NCBI RefSeq assembly: GCF_003918875.1
Contig: NW_025766970.1
Location: 744,001 to 808,000 of the forward strand
Source: Haliotis rubra
Lineage: Eukaryota
DNA length: 64,000 nt
Direction: 5' to 3'
Shown: positions 40,322-52,070 of the stretch, one piece after another
Numbering within the stretch: the first letter of the stretch is position 1
How the letters are laid out: each line of letters opens with the position of its first letter
Notes under the pieces: generated by a model
What the model saw: only the letters and a program-made list of their open reading frames with translations
Databases searched by the model: none
What the model was told of the DNA's origin: nothing
Program-made: the position numbers and the translations under genes

Positions 40322-40430
40322 AGCGGTATGCTTGCAAAGAGTCCCTTCAAACAGTATAGTATTTGCGAAAGCATTATGGCTATCCTGCTCCACCTTCGTC
40401 CATTGTATTATATATGCCATGTCCAAATTT
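40322..40430 (+). pseudogene. Decayed SIAE terminal-exon relic
   Basis: RYAC-KES-PFKQ...YGYPAPP resembles RYAWRESPCPFKQ...GYPAPPF, followed by aataaa. Confidence 0.55.
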
Positions 40431-41340
40431 GATTTCAAATGAATAAAATGTTGATATATGTTATTGCTATTACTTCATATACGAAGGGTGGCTCGACATT
40501 TCTGAGCCCTTTTTGCAAGTGGTATAGTACATCCAATCTTATGGCTTAAATGCATTCAGCTGTACCATTCATCAGAGGCAAATGTTGCTGTGCTCCACGA
40601 TAATGATGTGCAACAGTTCTGCCACGTAACATCCACACACAGAAACCATGTACACATGGTACGCATGGCGTCATGACTGTCAGTTTATCTTAAAATTTAT
40701 GCACAGTGATATTTCAAAAAACATTTCGGTGTATTATTTTTTTATATGATCAAAACATTTGCAAACCTTGAGTAGTGTACCTGCTTGGGTAGAGTATGCT
40801 GGGTTTATAGATGAGTGTGAATGTGAATGGTTGTTTATTTCATGAAACGCCACTGACCCAGATAATTACAGAAGGTGTTGACAAATGATAAACAAAATAC
40901 ATTGGTATTGACGGTAGATGGTAAGATATATTCTGTAATACCTAGGCTAGGTGTATATACTATTTCCTTACTTTCAGTAATGGACAGATAGTTGGGAAAC
41001 ACCATCTTGTAAAGTGAATCATCTGTATCACAGTACGTAAGTTGACGTGACTCGGGTTATGGACCTCTATACTCTGGTACCATGAATATCCTTAGGTATG
41101 ATAGTGAATACTGGAAAATTTTGGATTTGGCTCCTCGTGTAGCAGATCCTAGGTATTCAAAGGAGGTCTTCCCAACACCACTGGACTGATGGTTCGCTAT
41201 GTCCCCACTGTATTTCATTTGACAAATAATGACCTTTCTTGTTGACAAATGTTTACGATAACTAGGTACCACGTGCATAATAATGAGGTTTTCTTCTCTG
41301 GAGAAGCTACTGTTTCAAGAGATAATACATTTGGTTTACT

Positions 41341-41383
41341 GGGTTAGAGATAAGATATACGAAGATAATGCCTTCTATAAATA
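41341..41383 (+). promoter_or_regulatory. Putative GATA + TATA core promoter of copy 6
   Basis: ggttagagataagata...ctataaata ~35 bp before ATG; same arrangement before copy 7 although flanks differ. Confidence 0.55.
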
Positions 41384-41414
41384 CACAGGTTCTGACTTTG
41401 GAGAGGCCACAGAA

Positions 41415-44400
41415 ATGGAACGGACTGCCTGGCTAGTTCTCCTGATTGCCATCAGTTGGGTTGTACCGGCAGCTCATACAGCAGATGGTAGGTTTACCAT
41501 CATTATTAACACGTCTGGGTGAGCAACCGCACAAACGCGATTGAGCAATTTCCGGTTTCAATGTATGAATGCACTGCTTTGAAAGATGAAGGCTCTTATA
41601 CATGCCACTACAAATGAAACATTAAAACTTTTGGAACCTAAAGGATGTCAGCCCTGAATTATGTTTGAATTTCTTGATTTTAAATGATCCATTCCGAAAA
41701 GTTTTACGATTGCCTTTTTCACCAGATGGAATCTGTTTCGGAGGATAATCCAAACTCAATGAAAATCGGTCGATGTTAAGCCGTAGATATAGACCCCAGG
41801 ATGTTGTTTACATGTGTAGAACGGCAAGTAATGTAGCGGGTGTTAAAAGTGATTTGTTTTATTGACATACTTCTCTGTTACACCTCCTTCGTTCAGGCCA
41901 AATCAAACAATCACGTAACATTTTATCATTCATCCATTTCAGGGACAGGGGCGGTTAAACCTTTTTCCTTTGCCAGTTACTATGGTGACCACATGGTTCT
42001 TCAAAAGGCTCCCCAAAGGACAACTATATGGGGCTATGCTGCAAAGGAAGGGGAGACAATCACATTGACCATTAGTGGTAATGGTCAGGTGACTACAACG
42101 TCCTTTATAGGCCCTATCCTATCAACTCCTGTGTGGTCAGTTCAACTTCCTGCCATTGATGCCGGGGGCCCTTACAACATCACAGCGACATCTAGCGAGG
42201 GCAGCATCAATCTAACAGATGTGTTGTTTGGGGATGTCTGGATATGCTCGGGTCAGAGCAACATGCAGTTTACACTTTCCATGGTAAGTTGCATCAGAGG
42301 TTCGTGATGTTTGAGACTGATCTGACAAACCCATGAGGAATGAGATATCAATGTCCGAAGATTGCTTATTATTGTTTATTGTTTATAGTGGTTGTCACTT
42401 GAAACCAGTGAAAATCTTATATTGAATATTTGAAAGTCACAATCAATACAATTTAAAACTGTGTGAAATCTGTGTTTGGAATCTTTAAAGTGGTAACACA
42501 GTGGTGTATCTCCTGATTTTGGTATCATCCATGCAGGCCTTCAATGCTACGAAAGAGGTGGCAGAAGCCGCCAACTATCCCAACATCCGGGTGTTTACCG
42601 TTGCTCTGGGAGGGTCTCCGGTAGAGGAATATGATCTGCTGAACATCAGCCAACCTTGGTCTGTTCCGAGTGCAGGTAGAAGCAGCGGCTTCAGTGTTCA
42701 TCTTCATTAGAAGTCGTTATCTGTCAGCACCTTTCTAAACATATCATTGCCCGAAACATATTGTTTTAATAGGTTACCTTTGCTGTTGTCTTAAAGGGTG
42801 TCACGAGATCCATTCTTGCATGATTTCACTTATTATATATGAAACATAATATTCCTCCCATAAACTGACTATTCAGGTTGCACACCTCATACACAATGAT
42901 ATTCTGTGGACATTGTCCATCACAAGCTTCCTTGAGCTTTATACTGTGATTGTCAAAATAGGTAAGTATAGACTAACATTGAAAACTTTTACTGTGTTCA
43001 AATAACTGTGCATATTTCGTGCACTTTGATTGATACAAGGATGACACGAAGCACGTTCACGGTCACATGTTCTGAAGATGTAGTTTCAATGCTGGTGTTC
43101 CTGCCACAAAACGCTATGGCCACGAGTGGGGCGTTCCGATCTGTAGCTAGTGTGGTCACTCTGTGTTGTTTTCAAACCTTGGCACGAGATGGTCTATGGC
43201 CTCCACTACAAAAGAAATAAAGGTTGACCTGACTGGCGTGCTAAAACCTTGGCACAGATTGATACGCCAATGTCCATTCAAACCATCTTTGTGTTTTTAA
43301 CCTACAAATTGCAAAGTAAATGTCTAAAACAGTATTTTCCTGCTATCAAGCTACTATTGGCGGTCCGGACTGGTCTTACTTTTCGGGAGTATGTTGGTTA
43401 TATGGCAAGTACCTGTCGTCGCATCTCAAATACCCCATCGGCCTCATAGCATCATCATACGGAGGAACCCGAGTGGAAGCGTGGTCAGCTCCCAATGTCC
43501 TCAAGAAATGTGGTGTAAGCGAGGCTAAGGAAGTGTCGAGTGTGAACCCTAATGCTGCTTCTGTTCTGTGGAATGCCATGATGCGACCCTTCGTCAACAT
43601 GACCATATATGGAGCCCTCTGGTATCAAGGTACAAAACAGATTTTTTAACATAAATTAATTAGATTTTTATACGGTTGAAGGAATACATGTTAAAAATTT
43701 CCATTTCACATCTCATTGCTACCTTACAGAGAAGAAATGAATATGCATATGTTGATCCAATGTGTTCATGGAATCGAGGATATTATTTAAAGAGAAGGAG
43801 GTGAGTGTGTTTTGGATAGATCACTGTCAGGGCTTATACTACAGGAGAGTAACCTGGACTCTGAATCCAGGAGGCCACCTGATACAAGAACATACCAACG
43901 TCAAGGTTGTAGCACCCAGATATGAAAAACCTGAATCCATGTGACCATGTCACTATCGGTCGCAATGAAGAGAAACCATGGACCACGTGAAGACCAGGCA
44001 AAGAACTATAGAGTAACTATATGGAATGAATCAATAGTCCAACAGGACACAATGAATCAGTATATCACTCTTCTGTGTCCAGGAGAAGCCAGTGGATCAC
44101 AGAGCAACGTGGTCGATGACCCAAAAGAGTCAATGGAATACCTATAGACCGAACAATGAATTAGTGTGTGTTTTACCGTTTGCGAATATTTCAATATTCT
44201 GTGACCAGGTGAAGCCAATGCTCGGTCTCCAACAATGAACCAGTACAACTGTACGTTCCCCGCCATGATAGATGACTGGAGAGACAGGTTTCATCAAGCA
44301 TCAGGAGGACAAACAGACCCAGTCTTTCCTTTTGGATTTGTACAGGTGAGATACATTAATATTGTACAAGATACTTGAGGGTGGTGACAGGTCATAACAG

Positions 44401-46065
44401 TTTTGATCTATGTGCTGTTAAGCTCAGCGTTCACAGTTACATATATCCTAACAAAGACAACAGACGGTCAGTCTGTGTGAACTTCAACATGTTATTATAA
44501 CTGATATTTCTGTCGTCTATGATCTAATAATGTTCAGATATGGTCATATAGCCATCTATAAGTCCCCTCCATTGCTTTACGAACCAGAACTAGAAGTAAA
44601 AGAATAGTTGGAATCGGGCAATAGACATATCTAGCGATATCTTATGATTATTTGGTTTTGTCCCATTTATCTGTATTTTTTTAGAAGGTCAAACATTTCC
44701 TTGTAACACATAGGAGGTTGAGACATTCACACATTATTGTTGTATATTCATCAGGTGTTCTTTTAAATTACTGCCATTGTATACATGAACAGTTCATTTT
44801 AGCCACTGGTTGGACGTGATGAAGATTTTAATGTGAATTATGGGGATATAACGTCTGATATGTTTGTATGCAGCTTGCTCCATGGAGGGACAATGACACC
44901 ATTACTACAGGCTTCACAGATATTCGGTGGCACCAGACAGCTGACTACGGCTACGTCCCCAACGACAGGATGAAGAACACCTTCATGGCGGTGGCCATGG
45001 ATCTGCCTGACTTTACCTCTCCATACACAGGGTATATCGTTTTACTTGTTTAAAGTCTTGCAATTATCGTTAGTGTCTTTAAGAAACGTGCAGTTCACAC
45101 TGTTGTATGTACTTTCAGTGTCCATCCCCGTGACAAAGAGGATGTGTCTATGCGTCTGTGTACAGCTGGACTTGCTGTGGCCTACAACCAAAGTCAGTTT
45201 TCTGTACTCGACGGACCAATCCCTGGTCTGTTCATAATCTACACCGAACAAAGAACCATGGCGATAGAGTTTTACAAACCCCTTGATATCAGATCAACAA
45301 CAGGCTTTGAGGTCAGTGACAACTACTATTTCAGTTTGGGCTTGGTCAACACATTTCAGCTGAGCCAATGCTGGACCGGGGATTGAACCTGTAACCAGCT
45401 AGAAAGCTTAGAAATGTGATGTATCCAACCTCGCTACTGACTAAGCAACAAGGGGTTTTGATATACAATGTCCAGCGACATTTTGATGTATTTTGAAATT
45501 AGTTTTGCCCGGTAAACTTCCACTTTGATATATGTACATAACTAAACGTTAGGAATATTCTCAGTGTCCAGGTCAAGGATGAATCTGACTGGATGTTTGG
45601 AGATATAGTTGGTTTACAAGTAGGAGGATCATATGGTTGAGAAAAGAAAGTTGAGATTAATATCCACCTGCTGTGAATCAGTCGATACACGGGCTGTTTT
45701 AATACCAGATAATATGATTTACAATACATTGCAGTCGGCAAAGTGATCTGGTGATCATCTATAAATGTACGTTTGCGTCTATATAACTTAGGTGACATGC
45801 AGAAACAGTTCCTCTCCGTCCACGGATGCGTCAGAGTGGTTCCCCTTGCCTATTACGTCACATGACAACACATCAGTGACCCTCAACTACAGCCAAATAT
45901 GTCTGGAATCTGAAAACAAGGTTGTGTCTGCTATACGCTATGCTGGAGAGAGTCACCATGTCCCTTTAAACAGTGTGCAGTCTACAACAGCCAGAGTGGC
46001 TATCCTGCGCCACCGTTTATCGAAACTTTTGTTGATGATATGGCAAATGTTAAAATTGTGAAATA
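41415..46065 (+). CDS. SIAE: SIAE-like copy 6 (8 exons; 1-nt deletion in last exon alters C-terminus)
   Basis: Exons 41415-41487, 41943-42283, 42537-42675, 43351-43629, 44209-44345, 44874-45031, 45119-45311, 45792-46061 (46065 if frame restored); RYAW motif broken at ~45944. Confidence 0.85.
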
Positions 46066-46139
46066 AAATGTATTATAAGAAAAAATATGTTGACATATGT
46101 TTTGGTTGATAAGGCTTAGATGAAGAGTGCCTCGTAATA

Positions 46140-46671
46140 CAGTCAAATCCCGATGAGTCGAATGCCGGTGTCTCGAATATTATGCATAACTCGAAGTACC
46201 TGTCGGTCCCGACCATTCCCTGTTATAGTTGTCATCATTTGATTTTCGGTTACACGAATTCGTCTCATAAATACACACGATGACTCGAGAAGGAACTTTG
46301 GTCCCATGAGATTCAAACAACAGCAATCGTGTATACATAAGCCGAAGTCAGTCAACGAGAAGTTGATTGGTGTAGCAAACTGATCCAATTAACAAACCAG
46401 CGCGGCTCACACCTTTCCACCATTGACGGGTGAGTTCAAAAGGCAGATTAGTGATTTTACGGAAATCACTGCCTGTGCTAATCAGACTGGAACTGATAAG
46501 GTGCCCCTATAAGTGATAGGGAAATCATTAGATAAACAAATGCTTAGGTGGAGGAATTAGGACTGGATCAACTTTTTTTCTACCCTCATAGACATACTTA
46601 TGTCTCGAATTCATCGATAAGTCGAATGTATTACTTGGTCCCCACCGATTCGACTCATCGGGATTTGACTG
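46140..46671. mobile_element. pogo/Tigger-type MITE
   Basis: TIR cagtcaaatcccgatgagtcgaat, TA TSD both sides, non-coding 532 bp. Confidence 0.85.
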
Positions 46672-47175
46672 TATATATCTGAGTCCACCATAAATCATGT
46701 AAAGGACCCTTTCAACAATTTGCATGAATTGTGGTTAATGCTTGTGTTTGTAGGCTGCATTTGAATCAGGACATAAGAATGTAATATTTCTGCAGGCATC
46801 AAAGTGACTGTAATCTTTGCTGGAACGTGGCTCCTGCGCTGCCATAAAATAGCTTCAAGTAGTCTAGGGGTGATATGAGGCTCCTTGCAGCATCTATCCA
46901 GCGGAGTTCCAGAGGGAAGGGAGTGCCGCCAACATGGTCCAAGATCGAGAAACCGTTAACTGTCACCACTTAGGAAAGTGTTGCTGAAACACGTGACCAC
47001 TATCACCACACGCCATGTAGCCAATACTGTTGAGACTGTGGTTAAGGAATGAACTGTGTCTCACAAAGGTTTCACAACGCAGGGCTCCGAGGCTTCTGAC
47101 CACAAACATTCATCATCTCGCGAGAGAGTCACGTCATTTGAAGCAAACCCAGCATCTGGCATTTTATAAAGTGAT

Positions 47176-47390
47176 CAGGGGCAGGATCAACGGAAACGTT
47201 TTTTATATAGTCTTTTCTACCATTATTTTTATTTTTACATTTTATGGAAGTGTGACGCTACGCTATTGAGAAAAAGGGGAGGGCACACTTCATTCCCGCC
47301 CGAGGCTCAATGGTCATTTAACAAACCCTCTGGATAAAAGGAGGGAGGGGGACGCATCCCAACCCCAACCCCCCTCTGGATCCGCCTATG
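47176..47390. mobile_element. Degenerate small MITE (caggggc.ggatc...ggatccgcctatg)
   Basis: Imperfect short TIRs, G/C-run interior; not seen in paralogous spacer near 39160. Confidence 0.4.
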
Positions 47391-48008
47391 GTGATGTCAT
47401 CGATTTCACGGTAGGTTTTCTCGTTGGTACCTTCACTGTACAATAACCGTATCTAATTACAAGTCAATGTGTTCTGAGAGAGTGATAAAACACCAACAGT
47501 AGTCTGAGGGTTTTGACAGTTCCTGCCAATTACCTTTCCCATTTCCTCTCGTTATATCAGTTTGTAAACATGAACATTGCTCTCATCGAATGCTGCTCCA
47601 ATCTCTTATTGACCTTGCAGAGTTAATGACTGGTTCAACACATGTGTCTACTTGGGTTTAACACCACTTTAAACAGTACTTCACCTGTATCAGGTAAACT
47701 AAGGTGATCAAATATTTGAAGGGCATTTGATGGAATTCATAAAAAAAAGCATGATTTGTGGATGTCAGCTTCTCTTTTGTGAATAACACGACGTTTCGGA
47801 GTGTATGCTTGCTCATGATATCAAACAAAATAATCATCACCTGTTGAAGGAGCAATTATACACTCAGAAAAGTCGTGTTATACACAATAAAGAAGTTGAC
47901 ATCCATATATCTTGCTTTTCCTAAGGTGATGCAGTTTCATACTTTTTTACTTTTACTTTGGTAACACCCATATACGTAGCTATAGGTAGGTAACACACTT
48001 TGTTTCTA

Positions 48009-48055
48009 GGTTACAGATAAGATACGGGTAGGAAGGCAATATCCCCTATAAATAG
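48009..48055 (+). promoter_or_regulatory. Putative GATA + TATA core promoter of copy 7
   Basis: ggttacagataagatacg...ctataaatag ~45 bp before ATG. Confidence 0.55.
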
Positions 48056-48099
48056 TATGCGTCCTTGCCCTTTGAAACAGTTCAGTATCATCGGCAGAA

Positions 48100-51000
48100 A
48101 TGGGACGAGCTGGTTGGATCGTTCTCCTGGTTGTTCTAGTGGTTTCTGTAGAAGGTAGGTTTGTTCTTACATCAAAGAAACATCTCATCACCTTCAGAAT
48201 CGAACATTTAAAAATTCAAAGTAGGACATTGTAGAAAACATTCTAGAAAACAGCTTTGCTCTTACTCTTAGAAACGTGAAGGCAGTCTACGTGGGACTGC
48301 TTGGACGATATTTAGTACTAGTACTGATTAATATTTTCAGGGCTCCATTCATGCAATTTTCAACACAATGTGGTCATATTACGTCCAATAAAATCAGCTT
48401 CAGTATAAAATCGAGACTGGTCATTCCCTGTAGTTGACGTTTTAATTCCTGTCCTGCATTCATTCTCGCTGCCAGGAAACACGCTAAGATGAACTAAAAC
48501 ATCAGTATCGAACAGAAAAAAATAGTCCAAGCTCCACTTTTATACTTTAAAGAGGATTGTTAAAGTTGCAGGAAAAATTGCTTGTTGTAATTTTGATACT
48601 TTAGACAACCTGTACATGTCATCAGTTTTAAATTTTTCTGTCAGAATCTTACAAGACCCAACCCATGTTTTAAACCCTTGTTATGCACTTTTACTATCTG
48701 GCTGTAGGTATCTTTTACTAAATGTAAAGTCAAAGAGAAGTAAACACTCTTTTATACCAGTTAGCATATCCTTCTTAAACAAGTCTTAAACATTATTCTC
48801 TTAGTATATTTATTGGTAGATGTTTGTCTTATAAATAATGTTGTTTACTATGCATTCAATGACATTGTTGCTGCTCGTGTCTTAAATGTTGTTTTCTTAT
48901 GTCTCTGAACTCTGATGTACACAAAATTCCCTTTCGGGCAATAAAGCATTATCGTATCTTATCTTATTTTATCATAAGTCGATGTTAAGCTGTGGAAATG
49001 ATGACTTTAATCAATATTGGGATATGCCTTAGATAAGTACGGTTGCTTTGAATGAACTGACCTACCAAGGATTGTGTCAGGGTAGGTTATGTTGCGGCAT
49101 ACGTTTTGACAACCTTGTCTGATATTACTTCAAGTTTTATCATATATCTATTTCAGGGACAACAGCAGTCAAACCTTTTTCCTTTGCCAGTTACTATGGT
49201 GACCACATGGTTCTTCAAAAGGCTCCCCAAAGGACAACTATATGGGGTTATGCTTCAAAGGAAGGGGAGACAATCACATTGACCATTAGTGGTAAGGGTC
49301 AGGTGAATACAACATCCTTTATTGGACCTATCCCATCAACTCCTGTGTGGTCAGTTCAACTTCCTGCCATTGATGCCGGGGGCCCTTACAACATCACAGC
49401 GACATCTAGCGAGGGCAGCATCAATCTAACAGATGTGTTGTTTGGGGATGTCTGGATATGTTCGGGTCAGAGCAACATGCAGTTTACACTTTCTATGGTA
49501 AGTTGCATCAGAGGTTCGTGATGTTGGAGACATTCCGCTGTAAAGGTTCATAAAGTACTGATATGTCACACTCTTAGCGAATAAAACAGGAATATTGCTA
49601 GATATTGTTTATCACGATAACTTGTTGGCACCGTAAACTAGTGAGAAACTGACATTGAATATATAAAATACTTTCACTCACAATCAATACCGTTTATCTC
49701 CTGGTGTGGTTTATTCATGCAGGCCTTCAATGCCACGGAAGAGGAGGCGGAAGCCGTTAACTATCCCAACATCCGGGTGTTTACAGTTGCCCTTGGAGGT
49801 TCTCCGGTAGAAGAATATGATCTGCTGAACATCAGCCAACCTTGGTCTGTTCCTAGTGCAGGTAGAACCATCAGCTTCAGTGTTCAGCTTTATTAGCAAT
49901 CGTTATGCGTCAGCACCTCTAAACATATCATTGCTCTAAAAGTATCGTTTCAACAGTTCTATTTTGCAGCTGTCTTCGCGATTATTTAAAACAGTGTTAT
50001 CCTTATCGCCTTATGGTTACACATCACATTCAAAATGTAATTAGATAGGCTTATGACGAGGTTCGCCATACCATGCCAACAGTGATTGCCATACAGATTT
50101 CTTAATCAGAAGATAATGTCTTAGGTTTTTGCTCCAAAGTTCCAAATAATATTTGGCTAAAACATCGTTTTCTTGCTGTCAAGATACTGTTGCCGGTTCA
50201 GATGTGTCGGGCTTTTCGGCAGTATGTTGGTTATATGTTAAGTACCTGTCGTCGCATCTCAAATACCCCATCGGCCTCATAGCATCATCATACGGAGGAA
50301 CCCGAGTGGAGGCGTGGTCAGCTCCCAATGTCCTCAAGAAATGTGGTGTGAGCGAGGCTAGGAAGATGTCGAGTGTGAACCCTAATGCTGCTTCTGTTCT
50401 GTGGAACGCCATGATGCGACCCTTCGTCAACATGACCGTATATGGAGCCCTCTGGTATCAAGGTAAAAGTAGTTAAGATTGGACTTGGTGCCGTCTCTGT
50501 CCGTTTTTATTGAAACATTATTCTGAAAAGTATTAAACATGTTGGTGGGACCGTTCATGAAATTTATTCTCAAAATATTACATGTTAAGGGACCGTTCAT
50601 AAGTTTATGGTGGGGGTGGGGGTGGGGAGGGCATAATTTAAAATATTCTCTTAAATCATCATAAAAATGTTACTCGCTTGTAAGCGGGGAACACTGAAAA
50701 TAATAGAAGAGCGCTCAGCCAATCAGAAAACGACAATTATGTGTCAAGTAAGATAGGTCCACATATTCACCTCAGCATCCGGTGTATCATGAAAACGGAG
50801 AGATTGGCTAAGATAAACCAACATTTGTCTATAGAACCAGTTTACACCAAACACATATCATTCTTTAGTTTCCTAGGTAGGAAATAGGCATGTACGAAAC
50901 TGAGCTGACAAGTGTTCCCGCCGTTCTTCTTCTTGAAAACCATGTAAATGTAGAGATAGACCAGAATCTGTGTGGGCAACCCTGATTTAAGCCTTTCAAA

Positions 51001-52016
51001 CAGAACTCTTTAATTTCCCAGAAAATATTTCTGTACTCGGAAGTGCGAGTAGCAACCAATCACATTTATAAGTTAAACATTTTACCTCGAAAATGCATTT
51101 GATAATAAATCAAAATAAATAAAATGTTGACTCTCGGTGCAACAGTAGAGAGGAAGATGTAACAGGAGTATGTAAACCTAGTTGAAAGAAAAACGTGTTG
51201 CAACCATTGTAAGTACAGATATAACAGTAGAGTATAACCAAACCTGACCTAGCGCGACGTCTTGAGTCCCTGTCCGACATTTTGATTTAAGATGGGCTTA
51301 TTTCAATATTTGCAGCTGTAATGGGTGAATCAAAGGAGAAACATACCACCTGTAGACCAAACAGTGAACCAGATCATAGTGGAAGATGACTCTGAAAGAA
51401 CGAACGAAATGGTAAACAATTTAATATGTGTACCACTGTTCTGTGCCCAGGTGAAGCCAATGCCGGATCTCCAACAATGAACCAGTACAACTGTACGTTC
51501 CCCGCCATGATAGATGACTGGAGAGACAGGTTTCATCAAGCATCAGGAGGACAAACAGACCCAGTGTTTCCTTTTGGTTTTGTACAGGTATGATTCATCA
51601 CTACTGCTACTACAAACGCCACAACAATCCTTGGCGATGCGGGGCGGTGGGGTAGCCAAGTGGTTAAAGCATTCGCTTGTCACGCCGAAGACCCGGGTTC
51701 AATTTCCTACATGGGTACAATATTTGAAGATCATTTCTGGTATCCCCCACCGTGATATTGCTGGAATATTGCTAAAAGCAGCATTGAACTAAATTCACTC
51801 TTACTCTTACTCACCTTGACGATGCAATGCCACATATATTTCAAAGCAATTTGTTAATATTAACTACAGCAAAGGAACATTTCTGCTACAAATTCCCCTG
51901 ACAGAATAAGATAGGTAACACACAAACAGTAAATATGATCCTCAGTATGACATAACCATTACTGGAAAGTACTGATGTCAATGAGTAGTAATAGAGGATG
52001 TGTTTGTGTTTGTGTT

Positions 52017-52070
<54 letters not shown>

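Noticed and set aside
51640-51712. tRNA gene
   Set aside because: No proper acceptor stem; continues into SINE body and tail.
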